Positions 1 to 13,858 of a DNA stretch of 64,000 nucleotides are shown here, piece after piece. Numbering within the stretch: the stretch's first letter is position 1; the number at the start of each line of letters is the position of its first letter. The stretch is from NCBI GenBank assembly GCA_051294905.1, contig CM119372.1, positions 17,672,001 to 17,736,000 of the forward strand, read 5' to 3'. The notes beneath the pieces are model-generated. The model was not told where the DNA came from. It was given only the letters and a program-made list of their open reading frames with translations, and ran no database searches. Origin of the DNA: Botryllus schlosseri (taxonomy: Eukaryota). A program made the translations under genes and the position numbers.

Positions 1-486
1 CATTAATGTTATGTGTTTTCGGTTATTTATAACCGAATATGTACTCGTTAACGTTTGTTTTGTACAGTTACTACCGTATCTTGCCCGTCTACTAGTTGTT
101 TGTTTTTGTTATTATTACGTCATACAGACAAAATAGTTCTTACATTTCGAATTTGATTCACCCTATCACTGACATTTCGCTACTGATGCGGGTCAGTCGA
201 AAAGCTTTTAGCGAATAAATTACCAATATGAAGTTATTGTTTGGCGTAAATCTACTTTTGAAACTAACCACTTGGGTACATGTCCGGCCTTTCATTTTCT
301 ACTTGAAGTAATTTTCAGCTGTCTGGGAAATCATTACTTGTACTTGTCTATATATTTACAGCATTACTTCTACTTCTAGACGAGTAACAACGCTGACTAT
401 ACATTGACACCCTATGACTGTACAGCGCACGCAACATTATCAAAAGACCTAGTTTGAAAAAGTCAAATACATACTAAAATACGAAC

Positions 487-3400
487 CTGAACCAGTAGGT
501 CCGAGAAGGAGTATATTGCTCTTTTCCAAAACGATTTTTTGCTCGGAATCGTTCCCGATCGCTTCCGCGATTCCTTTCGGTTTCATCCTGCCCCCAGCGC
601 GGGGCCTGTTATCGCTAAACAGTTCATCGTGTACCGAACCCGTGTTTGGAGCTTTACCGAGGCTGTTGCCGGGTATAATACCGGTCATGTGCAGGATGTC
701 TGGAATGCCGCAAAGAGATGAGAAAATAGCACAGAAATGTGAGCAGTATCGAAATTGGGACATGCAGAGAAACGGGAGGAGAAACGTCACTTATCGATAT
801 ATTTGAACACCTCTAGGTCAACAACAGGCAAGAAAATGGTACCAACGCATTTTTGAAAGCCTAGTTCAAGATTAGGAGAGCAAAGTTCACCGCTTGTAAT
901 TCCTTTATGATGCTGTTTTGATACATGGTACAGCACAGAAACTCGTGTTGCCCTGAAGACATATTCACTCACCAGCCCTGACACATGTGTCATCACAATT
1001 AATCCATAAGGAGTCGAATTGTTTTTAAAGCCTACTAGCCTGATCCGTGATCCCCTCAAATTACTCATTACTGGAAAAATGCATATCCTTAATGATAACC
1101 GAAAATGAATTCACAAAACAGAATAAAAACATTCATTGGTTTGCAAACACGAATAGGCACATCATCTCAATACGCACTTGCATCATGGACAAAATAGAAT
1201 GAACAATAATGTGGACTACATTGCTTGCTTGTATCATAACAACATCAGCAGCACCATACAAGAGCTATGAATGTCATTCATGGCTTGAAATTTGTGTCAA
1301 GTGCCACAACCTAATCTAAGGTGTTAACATTGAATGGCCTACGATCCGAAACATGTTGATCAATGTCAAATGTCACAAACACAGACCAGGTCTACTGTAA
1401 GTTGTAAACATTGAACAGCCTACAGTCAAACAAAGTTTGCAGTTATAGTCCATTGATCCCCCGAAAGAGTCACAACCAGCTACTTCAACCACAACACAAT
1501 CAACAAAACATCGCAAATATCGATCTGAAATTATCAACCAAAACTGGTGGAATGTCAGTGTGACGCCAGTGGCTGGTCTGTTTAACACAATAACTTGGTC
1601 AAAGTACAATACAAACACACTCACCACTTGATGTGTAGCGCTGCGAGTGTCCTTCTTGGCCGTGAGAATGAGTTAATTTTGATGAGGTAGCGTTGTTGAA
1701 AATTCTTTTATAGTGGTTATATACAGCGACGGAAAGGACTTTTTTTGCGTGACTTTGACCAATTACATATCTGTCGAGATACTCGAGAATCTGTGAAATA
1801 TTAACGTCCAGTAAGATTTCGTTGATTTTGGTAAAAATACGTTGTCAAACATTAACAAGATTTTAAAACAATATCAAAATGGAATGGAACAAAAGCCCGG
1901 CCTTTTTCCACAAAAGAAACTTATATATTGTAAAGTCGATACAAAACAAACAGCTGCATTGACAGGCTATTGTCGTTGCAATACGTGTAACTGAAGTCAA
2001 ACTAAGCGTTACTCATTTTCACCATCAATATTGACAAGCCAGTCGAAACGCAAATTTATCAAAAGGAGACAAAACAAAAGCCCAGACATATCTCGGAGGT
2101 ACTAAAATACAGCTGCATTACAGTACATGTAACCAAGGTCAAACTATGCGTTATTTCTTGTCACCATAAATATTGACAAATCTGTTGATACCGATAGGAC
2201 GTAAATGATCACGTGCACGAAAGCTCTTTGTGTTTCACAAGCAATCCATCACACCAAGTTTCAACAATAGGACAAGCGTCAATTGAAATCTTGATGACCT
2301 GAGAGCACAGTACAGACCAGCAGAACACGGCACAGACCTGTTTAGGAGTAGGTGGAGGCTTGCTCTCCCATGTATTATCCTGACTTTTATGAATGTCGTG
2401 GCTTTTCTCGTCCTCATAAGCGACTTGAAAAAGCCTCCAGCATTTCTCGCAGGTTACAAATCTCGCGGCTTTACAAAGCAAGAATATGTGACAATTTTAT
2501 AAAAACATGACTGCTCGAAAAAACGAACTGTGATACGTACTGTTGTCTGTGCGTTGAGTTGGATGGCCGCATTCCGGACATGCTATTTGCGTACTTCCGC
2601 TTTCGGAAGAACCGTTTCCATTCGGCCCATTTTTTGAAGACGTTATTTTATCTTTTTTAGAAGATTTTTTATCCTTGTTGCTACCGTCTTTGCCTTGGCC
2701 GTCGTTACTTGACGATGACATTGTACGGTTATGACTATCATAATGTGAGTACGGGAATCGCTGCGACATCGCGTTTCGTAATCCGAAAGTCTCTAGATTG
2801 TCGTAGTGATCGTGACATGGATTCTTGAAAGGCACAGTGCTTGAATAGGAGCATAGAGACTTTTGAAACATATCTGTAACGAAATAAATTTATTCAAGGA
2901 GTCTTTTATTTGTAATTAGGGCATACTTGATATAATGTTGTTGATTCAGCCTGATAAATGAGTAATAGTACAAATGCATTATATAGCCTAAATAGTACGT
3001 GCAGATCACATTATACTCAATGTCATTTGCATCTTCTGATGAGTGGATTCTGTTACGACTTGTAGACTACTTCTAGCTCATCAGAAAACATAGTAAAGCC
3101 CGTCGCGATACTTCTTAGCAAACTGTAACCTAGCACTCAAATTCCGCAATACTTGTGCAAAAGTGATTGATCAAGAAGGTGTTCTGTGCTCCGTCAAGAG
3201 AGAGCAAAATACCGGTGTGTCATTTTACAGCAAGTTTTGGATATGTACTTTAGGAGATTTCACATTATAGGTGTTTGGAATCGGTGTCCTGTGCTCACAC
3301 TATATTTCATTTTTTAATTATTTTTTATTCAATTACTTTAACTTGGAAAATCGTCGCTGCTCCCCTGATATATCAGGCAAAAAGGCCAGCGATTCCAATC

Positions 3401-3540
3401 AGGAAGTGAAATAGGCCCATAGTATTATTGGGAATATACTCACTTTCATTTAATACTTTAGCTTTGCATTGCGACGTTGCACTGACAAGTTTTCCGACTC
3501 TGACAGAAATATTGCAGCTCGATCGTAGTGACACTGCCAT
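487..3540 (-). CDS. CLPX: Mitochondrial ATP-dependent Clp protease ATP-binding subunit ClpX, 5' portion (continues beyond left edge)
   Basis: Phase-compatible GT-AG exons 3540-3444, 2873-2541, 2468-2338, 1790-1625 and 699-487. They give [19 protein letters not shown] (presequence-like), a C4 zinc finger CPECGHP...[46 protein letters not shown], and the Walker A region [14 protein letters not shown](G), all typical of metazoan CLPX. Confidence 0.95.
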
Positions 3541-4401
3541 CGTGTAGTGTTGATCAAGCAGGGCTTCAGAAATGTTTATGTGGGATTCCTTTCGATTCCA
3601 GTACTCCCGAATTTATTCCCAATAGAAAAGGGATATAGTTAAACTAGGTACTTGTACGTGAGCTATAGTTTTATTTAGACTATTAAAAGCACACTGAAAA
3701 ATCAAAGAACAACAACAGCAGTTCAGGCGGTGCATTGGTTACGGTATCAAAATTAAATATCATTACTTCATTATCAAGACTCTAAAGGTCACACTTATAT
3801 GATTGCCCAAGTTAGTTAGGAATGTCGAGTAAAAGCAACAGTGTGTTTGTTTGTTATGAAGGATGGCGACACGATCAGATTCATTTTTCCAAAAGCAGAA
3901 CCATCGGAGTCATGCAAGCGGGTCACTACAACGACGTATTATTGATTCGCAATTTAACGATAAGGATAGATTCGAATCTAACAAAAGTTTGCAATTTAGA
4001 TCAGTTGAGCTTGAATACAGACTTGCTGCAGTACGTTCCTGATTACAGAGTGCAAAACAATAACATCACTAAAGGCATAACAAATTAATCCCTCCGGCTT
4101 TGACAAACGAACCTGTCGAGTTCAAGTAGAGCTCTTTATGACAAGATAAGATTAGAGGCAGCTAAGCTTTAGACAGGCAGAGACTGCGTGATCGCCAACT
4201 AGCGACTATCTTTTTTGTAGATTAGGGACTATTGAAAACCTGGTAGCTTACTAGATCTGGTGGTAAATTTTGATACAAGCCCTACTGCCTGAATGGCTTT
4301 AGCAGATATTGTTTTGCGGTGTAACATTCCATAGCGTACCTATCACTGAGCTATATAAACACTGGAGTGCGCTACTCGCGATATTTACGTTGTCACTAGA
4401 A

Positions 4402-4613
4402 ACAGTTGCATTGTGGGGAATAGGCTGGACGATTTAGTACAGGAGCTTATCGAAAAACGTCCAGTTTTAAAATATATTTGATTCGTATTGGGTTTGTAGT
4501 ATTTTATACGAATGGAGCTTTGAATGAATAATCATCGTAACATTCAGGATTTGTTTCAGCCCAATATCTCGTGTTTATATCTGTGTTATCTGTGTATTTC
4601 GACATGTCGAAGA
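4402..4613. repeat. Left arm of 212-bp inverted repeat (partner 9131-9342)
   Basis: The reverse complement of 4402-4613 matches 9131-9342 with only a few mismatches. Confidence 0.95.
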
Positions 4614-5518
4614 TATAAGTGGTTTCGATTGTTCGTGGTAAAATAAGGTTGTCTATGTGTCATCGTATGTATTTTTTGTGGTTATATTCCTGATGTAGAT
4701 TGCTTTACTCGTTGTATCCAGCATATTTTACGTGTACAGAAATAACCAAGCTGTCAAAAGATGTATAATGCCAGTTCAGTTATCTTTCAGATATATGTAT
4801 CTATAGGAAGTAAAAGCATCTACGATTGCCAGCTTGAAGTTATTATCGGAGCGTGCCTCAGAATTACCTATCCTGGATTCAAAATCTTCATACTGCAATG
4901 GAGCTGATGTGAATGCTGTAACTGCCAGCTACGTGGTGGCTGTGAATATTGCTGATGGAGAAAATTCAGCATCATGGGACATATCAAAAGGCACTGCTGA
5001 AATCAATTGAATGCCATTGTGGTTATTCTACGTATTTATTGGTTCAGCGTATTTAAATAAATCCAAAAAAGAGAAAGTAAAGATATGTCTGCTTCTGCTA
5101 TGTGTAGCGATGGGGTAGTAATTTCTGAGAAGTGACTGAATGAGTTCATTGAATGAGAGAAACAAGAAATGCATGGGTCCTTACTCAGATGTAGCTAGAA
5201 TTGCCCAATTCACAGTGAAATTGAGGCTATGTTGGTTACAGCAATCTGTGCACTGTGGGAGTTCATAATAAATATTAATTTTATCGAATCAATACGGCAC
5301 AAGATACAATCTAAATGGCGTACATGTATTTGATCATAATTACACCTATAGCTACCCATATACGTGTGTACATGAAGCTTGACTCGTTTTGCACTTACAT
5401 GAAACCAGAAATTAGATTAGATTCAAAACTAACTGGAGATGTGAACATTTCAACTCAGTTTTTCTGCCCACGATACTTGCCTACCTACTAGATGAAGCAC
5501 TCGAACCTGGCTTTAGAT

Positions 5519-7053
5519 CAGTGGTTCTTAACCTTGCCCCCAGCGCCCCCCAGGGGGCGCTGGCGATGTTGAAGGGGGGCGGAAACGCTCAGGGGGCGAT
5601 ATGGGGGGCGCTGGGCTCAGGGGGGCGGTATGGGGGGCGCTGGAGAAAAATGGCTTCGCAGTAGATGATGTGGTGATAGGACATATCCTTAATGAGTATT
5701 CAGAGCAAATTAACACCGAAAACTTCGTTACAGATAGCCTTCAAAATACATATAGGTTTAATTGTCCATGGGCGCCTAAATGACTGACACCGAATGTTCC
5801 TGTCTTGGAAATCTGAACCCCAGAAGACGAATTCCATCTGGCAGGGAAAAATTATATGTCAGTGAAGAAATACCAATCTGAAATCGTGTGCGTCTTTTAG
5901 TTTAGTACGATTGGGCGACAGGGATATTCCTGTTGGGCGATATCACCGTTGAGCGATTCTATATTTTTTGATATTGCAGACAGGGGGTCACGAAATAACA
6001 TCATGCAACGAGGTCATACCAACGGGTTCGCCTGCCCGAATATGTTTAATTATTGGTAACGGGCCCTACAGTTTCCAAGAAACCTCACAATGTTCGCTTT
6101 AAGTTTTGATGAGTCTGCGCACACTCAACAACTCACTGCGCTGACCCTTGGACAACAGTGCGTAACGACTAAAAAAAGGTAATAACTCCGGATTTGTTGT
6201 GCGCAACGTAGATTTTCTGTGCGCAGAGACCGTGTCAGCACTGCGCACGTGCGCAGCTTAGAGGGAACATTGCACCTAACTCAGCTCTACCGGTAAATGT
6301 GTTTACGTGAGCAGAGAGAGGATAAAAATTGATCTCAATTTACATGCAATTCCCGATGATATTGACCAATTCAATCATTAATTAGTGAAATTTTTCGCAC
6401 TTCGCGCGACTAGGCGAGAATAGCTCCCTCAGTAAATGTACACCCAATGTAGATACCTAGTAGGCTATCAGCAAATAGCGGACAGCCTAATGGGGGTCTG
6501 GGAGCGAAGTCCCCCGGAAGTTTGGTTTATCACCCGATGGGGGCCCATGACCAACGTTTTATGTTTGGGGAGGGGGGCTGACGAAGTGCTGTTACGGCCC
6601 TGGTAACGAATAATTGTACCTGCGGGAACGCCCGAATATGTTTAATTATTAATTACGTGCCCCTTATTTTCCTGTACAACAGCTCATCACTCAGTGCTAC
6701 TGGTAAATCTGATTACGTGGGCTGAGAGGATAAAAAGTTTATAGCGACTTATAAATGGAATTACCATGCATTATAGCAAATTTTGGTACCTAGGGCGACC
6801 AGGCCACACAAACTTTGCTGACCATCAAAATCACGATATGGGGTTCGTGGGGGCGAAGCCCTCAGAAGTTCGGTTTATCACGCTATGGGTGCGCAAGGCA
6901 ATCGTTTTTAGGGGGGTTGACGAAGTGCTGTTACGGCCCTCCCTCTTACTCATTGTCTTTATTACATTCCTTACAATATGAAGTTGAGGGGGGCGCTGGA
7001 GCACGATAATTTTTGAAAGGGGGCGCTGGACGAAAAAAGGTTAAGAACCACTG
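5519..7053. mobile_element. hAT-type non-autonomous element with nested MITE pieces
   Basis: TIRs cagtggttcttaacc / ggttaagaaccactg; perfect 8-bp TSD ctttagat at 5511-5518 and 7054-7061. Confidence 0.9.
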
Positions 7054-7339
7054 CTTTAGATCAACCATTTCTGTGGCCACACGAAATACCGCGCTGTACT
7101 GTCTCGTACCAAAATGCTGAACTTTCGTTTTCAGAAACACCAGCTACGGTTATGAGAAACGAATTTTTCTATTAAAATAACAACATAAAAACAGAAATAA
7201 ATTAATTAATTGTGATCGACTTTACGTCGCCTTCGGCGTAATTAACGGTGATCTGAAAGTCCAATGTGGGATAAGTTAGGGCTTAATATCTGCGAACGAG
7301 GTATAATAAACGAACCGATTCTGATCTTAGTTCCAATTT

Positions 7340-9140
7340 AATGGAATTTCTTCTCTTCTTACGCAGCACAGGCACAGTCACATTGAAGGCCACCCCACTG
7401 CGGGGCACAAAATTGTATGCCTTAGTGGAATAATACTGAAGCGTCATTGCAAATGATTGCAGTTGAGTATTTGACTCCTCTTCCACCAGCTTGTAGCTTC
7501 ATACGTTGCAAGAGCTCACTTGGTAGACCACTGAATTTTTGTGACACACGAATCGCTTATCAAATTGTTCTTCTTAATAGATGCAATGACCTCATCCAGA
7601 GTTTTCACTTTTCTTTCAGACGGTATGTTCTCATTCTGGCTGCAACCAACCTCTTTTTAATTTCTGCCACCCTACGGCGTTGCTGTTGAACGACTTTTCG
7701 AGGAGACGTGTGCGCACATTAGCTGTGGTCGTGAAGAACTACTTCAGGTTCAGCGGTTTGTGCTTCATAATGCCGTTTCTTATCTGGAACTGCAGAAGGT
7801 CTCACTCGTCGGTTGTTCGAAGCCTGAAATTTGTGAATTTTATGTTAACTAGGGCTAAAATAAAGGTATAGTAATTGGAACTAAAACTTCATAAATATAT
7901 AGTCACTGTCTAGTGCAGCGGTTCTCAACCGGGGGTCCGCGGACCCCTAGGGGTCCGCGAGACCTCTAAATTTTTAGTATGGTTGATATTCTAATTTTTT
8001 TTATTTTTTCTTTATTTGGGAAAGCATGAGGCAGTTTCCACAACAACTGCTAAAACCTCATGACTCATATCATCGTAATAATCGTCTGGCATGAACTATC
8101 GTAGTGTGGAAATTCATTTTCATTGCCAATTTTCCATTAAACTGTTGATACAAACATATTGCTGTTTAGAGACGTTTTGTTGCGGTTTGTGGAAAAAATA
8201 AAAATATGGAGATAGCAACGTCAATCAGGGTGACTTCGTACTGTCTGCGAAACCTTCTCGATTTGAAGTTGTCAGTCTCATCAAATTAGTGAACAGTTGA
8301 TTGAAATGAAAATTTCCGGATTATTTCCGTAATTTGTCCCAATGTAGGGATTGAAACCTCGCCACGAAATCCATTTTATCCTGTGATATACATAACCACT
8401 ATTTGAACAGCGTCTTGGAGGTACAGAACTTTAATATACAATTGAATAGTATATTCATATTGAAATGAACCCGAATATTTTTGGCTGACACCCGTCATAA
8501 ATTGGACAATGATATAGCCTACCTGCTCCTAAAGCTCGGCTATCAGATTTGGCGCATTCTTATTGCGGATGCCCTATCGACAAGGCTGGTTTTTTGATGA
8601 ACAAGGAGTGTTTCGTTGCTCAAACCCTGAAATTTATATCACCAGTTATATTGGTATGCGGCCTTGTCTTGTTAATGTTCAATTGTTCATGGTCGAAAAT
8701 GTTTGCTCGTAAATATATATGTAAACCCGAACAGAACAAATGGTTTCATGACAGTCTTTCTCAGGTTGGCAAACTTGGATCCATTCTTTGGCGCATAAAA
8801 TTTGTCTATACTTTTAGATTAGGATTTTACCTTGACGGCAGAAACTCTCTGCGGGCCGGTCAAAATGCCTATTCATTAATGCTGTGGCTTATCTGGACAT
8901 TGATTGAATGTGATGGTCAGGAGATATTAAAAATAGAAACTGATTCTACAAAGATAGTCTTGCTGCCCTGCATATTCTGCCATTCACTCACCGGTGAAAT
9001 GTTCTTGGATGCCGACGCTTTACCAAAGACTCTTCATCGCTAGTACTTCTCATATATGACTCCGTGGATATCTTTTTCTGCCTTTTACTGCACCCATAGG
9101 CGCAACAAACACTACCACCAAAACGAGATGTCTTCGACAT
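7340..9140 (-). pseudogene. Decayed THAP9/P-element-like transposase, N-terminal part, spliced
   Basis: The first exon reads MSKTSRFGGSVCCAYGCSKR...TFHR (THAP-like start) and ends at a GTGAGT donor. A downstream exon reads RVRPSAVPD...DHS*..SPRK...KNNLISDS..FSGLPSELLQR...QLQSFAMTLQYYSTKAYNFV, the THAP9/P transposase motif series. Stops and frameshifts are present and no catalytic core is visible. Confidence 0.75.
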
Positions 9141-9342
9141 GTCAAAATACACAGATAACACAGATATAAACACGAGATATTGGGCTGAAACAAATCCTGA
9201 ATGTTACGATGATTATTCATTCAAAGCTCCATTCGTATAAAATACTACAAACCCAATACGAATCAAATATATTTTAAAACTGGACGTTTTTCCATAAGCG
9301 CCTGTACTAAGTCGTCCAGCCTATTCCCCACAATGCAACTGT
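9131..9342. repeat. Right arm of 212-bp inverted repeat; contains the ATG of the THAP remnant
   Basis: Reverse complement of 4402-4613; the THAP start ATGTCGAAGA lies at its inner end. Confidence 0.95.
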
Positions 9343-9984
9343 AACATGGTGACAACGCAAATTTGCTTAGCCGGAGATGGCAGTAGTTCGGGGCTTGGTA
9401 CCTATTCATCACCGCAATGCATCACTAACATGAATTATATCGAAAACGAGTCACTCATTGTTACTGTTGTTTGGCATCTAGTAGTTATCCTTGTAGTATC
9501 ATAACTTATACCTATAGCAATAGCTATATAGAACAAAGATACCGTTCAAACAATTGCATATTTATAAACCATTGATGCAAATAAACAATTGCTTACTAAC
9601 GTTACGTTACTCTTTAAATCCACCCATACACCAATCGATTTTGGTCACGCTTAGATAATCAGATAGTTTTTATTCATTATGTTTGTTATGATTATGTATG
9701 ATGATTGGTGATGCAGCCAATTATTTTAAAAATATGAGGACAACCGCACGTCGTTTCGACACCCTTCTATCTTTCCATTATATCTCAGTCTTGTGGTGTT
9801 TTGATCTGATGAAAACTTCAATAACCTGATTAGTGATAGATTGATCAATCAAGTACCGGACTACCGGTATCGTCTATCAATCTAACATGCACCTCTGCCA
9901 ACTGATACTACTGGTAATAATGCCCGCCCGCCGTATAGCAGTGTTCCATCTTGATCTTCCTTGCTATTGCTACCTTTCTTTTAA

Positions 9985-10769
9985 AGGGGCACTGCACTTT
10001 AAAAATGATGTGGTCACAAATTGAAGGGCGATATTATGAAGGAAATAAGTCGTGCACGCCAAGGTGGTTTAGATACCGCGTTCAACGGAAGATATCCAGT
10101 CAGGAGATTTATGTCAAAATCGGGCCAAGTGTATTCTATTTCCTTCATAACATCGGCTGACAACCAGAGATGAGCATGGATTAGGATTAGGTTTTGAAAA
10201 AACAGGATTTGTGAAATTTTGTCGGATTTGGATTGGATTTGGATTAGACATTTTATTCAGAACGGATTAGGATTTGGATTGGATTTACCTATTTTCTGGG
10301 AGATTGAAATGTCGTGTGGCGAATGGCGACAAACTTTATTCAGATCAGTTATTAATGTACTTATGGTTACTAATTTATCTTGAATCAAGTGAATCGTTGG
10401 TTGTGAAAGAAAATTTTCGAATCCCTCCATTGCATAAATTAGTATTTTTTCTGAATTTCTACTTGAAATCGGATTAGGATTGGACATGGACTTGAATATG
10501 AAAAAGTTATGGATTAGGATTTGGATATGGATTTGAAGGTTCGGATTTGGATTGGATTAGGACATAGAAATTTCAAATCCGCTCATCTCTGCTGACAACT
10601 ATGTAAAGTTCGATCTCTGCGTGACTGCTGGAGCGTGATTCAACTGTGGAAATTTCAATACATTACAGCTCCATTATGGTGGCGTTCTGAAGAAAACGGC
10701 TGCGGCCAAAATTTTCTTTCGTTTTGCCCTTCAATTTGAGACCACATCATTTTTAGAGTGCTGTGCCTC
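9985..10769. mobile_element. TTAA-specific (Kolobok-like) non-autonomous element
   Basis: TTAA on both sides. Termini aggggcactgcactttaaaaatgatgtggtc and their complement match the family at 50921-51410. Confidence 0.8.
10165..10591. mobile_element. hAT-type MITE rich in ggatt(a/t) repeats, nested in the TTAA element
   Basis: TIR cagagatgagc / gctcatctctg; TSD ctgacaac at 10157-10164 and 10592-10599. The empty site is visible in the sister copy near 51170. Confidence 0.9.
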
Positions 10770-11043
10770 TTAAATGCTTTTATTACTCTTTCGTTCTCTT
10801 TATTAAATTCGTCCTTTTGTCCGGTCTTCTCAGGAATTTTTTCGTAAAAGCCGTCCAAAGACCAGCATCGCAGGAGGGTCAGAGGGGTAGCTAAGATATA
10901 CCTCTGATATTTCAAAACTTTCTTTATCTGAAACTCGTGTATGGAGTTTATGATTTTCTTGGAGTTAGAAAGTGATGCAGAAGGTTGAATGAAATACGGA
11001 GTAATGATCATCTGACTGAACTGTGATGCTTGTGACTCTATGC

Positions 11044-11345
11044 CAGTGGTTCTCAACCATTTTTTAGACACGCCCCCCTTTTTGATAGTGAAAAATTTCG
11101 CGCCCCCCCTTATCGTCATATCACCAAATCCCCCCGGGATGCTAGCAACCGCAACAGATTGTTTGAGTGCATATGGAAGGTTATGAGTGTTGATGAGAGA
11201 ATTATAAATATGAAATTTAGTCTGTATATAGAGAAACAACCGTGAACTGGAGGCAAATCGCGCGAAGCGCGAAAAATTTTTTCAGTTGACCGCTTCTTCG
11301 CGCCCCCCTTCAATGCTTTCACGCCCCCCAGGTTGAGAACCACTG
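11044..11345. mobile_element. hAT-type MITE just upstream of CDIPT
   Basis: TIR cagtggttctcaacc / ggttgagaaccactg; TSD ctctatgc. Related copies at 22253-22555 and 15712-15847. Confidence 0.9.
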
Positions 11346-11417
11346 CTCTATGCAGTCACTAATCCATGCATTTTTCATGTTTTAGACAATTTAACACAAT
11401 TCAACATTTGACTGAAG

Positions 11418-13858
11418 ATGAAGACGACAGCAAGAGATGTTTTACTGTTTGTTCCCAATTTAATAGGTATATTTACAATGTTCTTATAGGAAGCTGATAC
11501 CTGGCTCACCTGTTTTTTGTACTGCTAATCAATATATAAATATAAATATCAGAATGTGATTGTTTCATTATCAATTTTTATCAATTAAAAATAGCACAAG
11601 AATTATGATACAATGAAAAGAAAGAAGGTTTCGAGATGACTTGGTGAAGTCAATCACTCAAACTCTCAGAATACGGATTTTCCAAAATCTTCCTACATCA
11701 TGAAAACAGAAATTTTCCTTGGCAACCGCACCGGATGGAGCAATAAATTGGGAATATAGTGTTACAACAATGAATATGATATAATAGTTGCAACTGATCT
11801 CTGTCTCCGGTGACATGGGACAATGCCATAATATAGGCCTATGTTTGTACTGTATTCATACTATATTGTGTCATGCTCATGCTGATGGAATGTCATTTCT
11901 AACCCCATACCATGTTTTTAGCAATTTATGTAGTAAAGCATCTCTGGAAGGCTGCCTGCATTCTCAAAATAATTGCTTTGACTTGTTTTGTTGCCATATA
12001 TAACTTGTGGAGTTTTTCCTTCACTAGTCTTGTTGTTAATTCATTTCTCAAGTGAGAAATGATCAAGTATCATCCTTCCATCCAGGTTACGGCCGGATAA
12101 TCCTTGCACTGGTAGCGTTTTACGTAATTAAGACGGACTATGTGTTGGCATCGTCATGTTACTTGCTCAGTGGATTACTCGATGCTTTTGACGGACATGC
12201 AGCTCGATTACTCAATCAGGTACTGTAATTTGTAGGATTGTTTACCTTGCATACTTCTGCTGAGTTGATTGTAACCTGATTGCACAGGGAACAAAATTTG
12301 GAGCCATGTTGGATCAGCTAACAGACCGTGCTGCTACTGCTTGTCTTCTAGTAACACTTGCCTCTTTTTACCCTGACTACGCCTTTTGGTTTCAAATGAG
12401 GTTAACTTGCTATTGACTTCTATAAAATACTAGCCTGTTGGCTATTGTGGGTGCATATTTAACAGTCTAGCTCTGGATATAGTAAGCCACTGGATGCATC
12501 TTCACGTGTCATTGATTGGTGGTGTCAGTCATAAAAGCATTGGACTGGAAGGGAACCCAATTATGCGGTTGTACTACACTTCCCGGGTAAGCAATTGAAA
12601 TATATTAGACATATAAATGCGCTAACACTGTTTGCATGTACAGCCGGTTCTGTTCGTAATGTGCAGCGGGAATGAATTGTTTTTTGCAATGCTCTACTTA
12701 TTGAACTTTACAGAAGGACCGAAAGGTGGGCCTGGTCTATGTCTAGTAGAGTTATATCAGCCTATCGAAATTATATTAGTACTGATCTCGAGTGTATAAT
12801 GTGTATCGATGTAGCGACATTGCTGATGATGTGGTTTTGTATTCTCATCCAACCCATTTTACTCGAAGTTTCCATGTGATAAGTTGCAGAGGTGGTCTGT
12901 AACAAACTACTCAAGTGAACGGCTTTGGAAGCAAAAATATTTACTCTTTCCCACTACATTTTATCAAGTAGTGTAGGTTTAGTGGGATTTGCATCATTCA
13001 TGTGAAATCGCGATAGAAGGTTTGTGGTATCCAGAGTTAGTTGTGAAAATGGATCTTATTGTTTGGGAAGTTTTTTCTCCCACTGCCACAAGTTCTCCCA
13101 AACTCCCCTAACTTCTTGAGTACTTGTCATTATATGTTTGAAGTCATTTTATTATCTTCTATATTGCTACCTTTACCGTTACTTGAGAAGTAGAAGTTTA
13201 CAATTACTTGATAATATTACTTATACCGGGTCAGCAGCAATGAAGACTTTGACCACCCCTGATGAAGTGATGAAACAACCTTGGTAATGTAGGCATGTTC
13301 AATCTTGATAGAATTGAAAGAAAAACAAAGAATAAAGCCTCCATTATAACATTCTACTCAACGGAGGTGACCACTACCGATGTATCTACTTAAGCAGTGT
13401 CACGATATTCGTTGTATAATGGAGTCACCTGATCATCAGAATTTTATAAGTGGAATTGAATACGTAGCCTACCATGAAAATGTTCTGTTCAAGTAATAGG
13501 TCATGAGGTACTGTTACGCAAGTGGAGATAAGTCTTTGGGAACATGGTTTGCATTGAAGTTAGTTTTCACTGCAGCATCTGTCTGTATCTGTGTAAACCG
13601 TTAATGTCTGAACTGTCAATGTAACATTAAAATACCTGTGTAGAGATGTTACGCATATCGAGACCATCAAATTCGAATGGGATTGTGAACTCTGTGTCAA
13701 TTTCAGTTGAAATGTTCGATGTTGGTCTCGCAAGACTCGTGATGTATATCAGCGCACCGATAATGATCGTGAAAGCTGCAATAAGTCTTATTCACTTGGT
13801 TGATGCATCGACCAGGCTAGCTGCAATTGATGCCGAAGAAAGGTCAAAGGCTAAGTAA
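11418..13858 (+). CDS. CDIPT: CDP-diacylglycerol--inositol 3-phosphatidyltransferase (phosphatidylinositol synthase)
   Basis: Exons 11418-11466, 12086-12219, 12288-12400, 12466-12586, 12644-12725 and 13707-13858 are all GT-AG and in phase. They encode VLLFVPNLIGYGRI, the CDP-alcohol phosphotransferase motif LDAFDGHAARLLNQGTKFGAMLDQLTDR, LDIVSHWMHL, and LYYTSRPVLFVMCSGNELF. Confidence 0.97.
12887..13261. mobile_element. MITE in CDIPT intron 5
   Basis: Ends cagaggtggtc / gaccacccctg with an aagtag-rich interior; same family as 17151-17401. Confidence 0.75.

Noticed and set aside
516..806. Plus-strand ORFs 516-806 and 539-721
   Set aside because: They are antisense shadows of a CLPX exon.
10655..11239. 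194-aa ORF on the minus strand
   Set aside because: It runs across two unrelated MITEs and has no recognisable domain, so it is a chance ORF.
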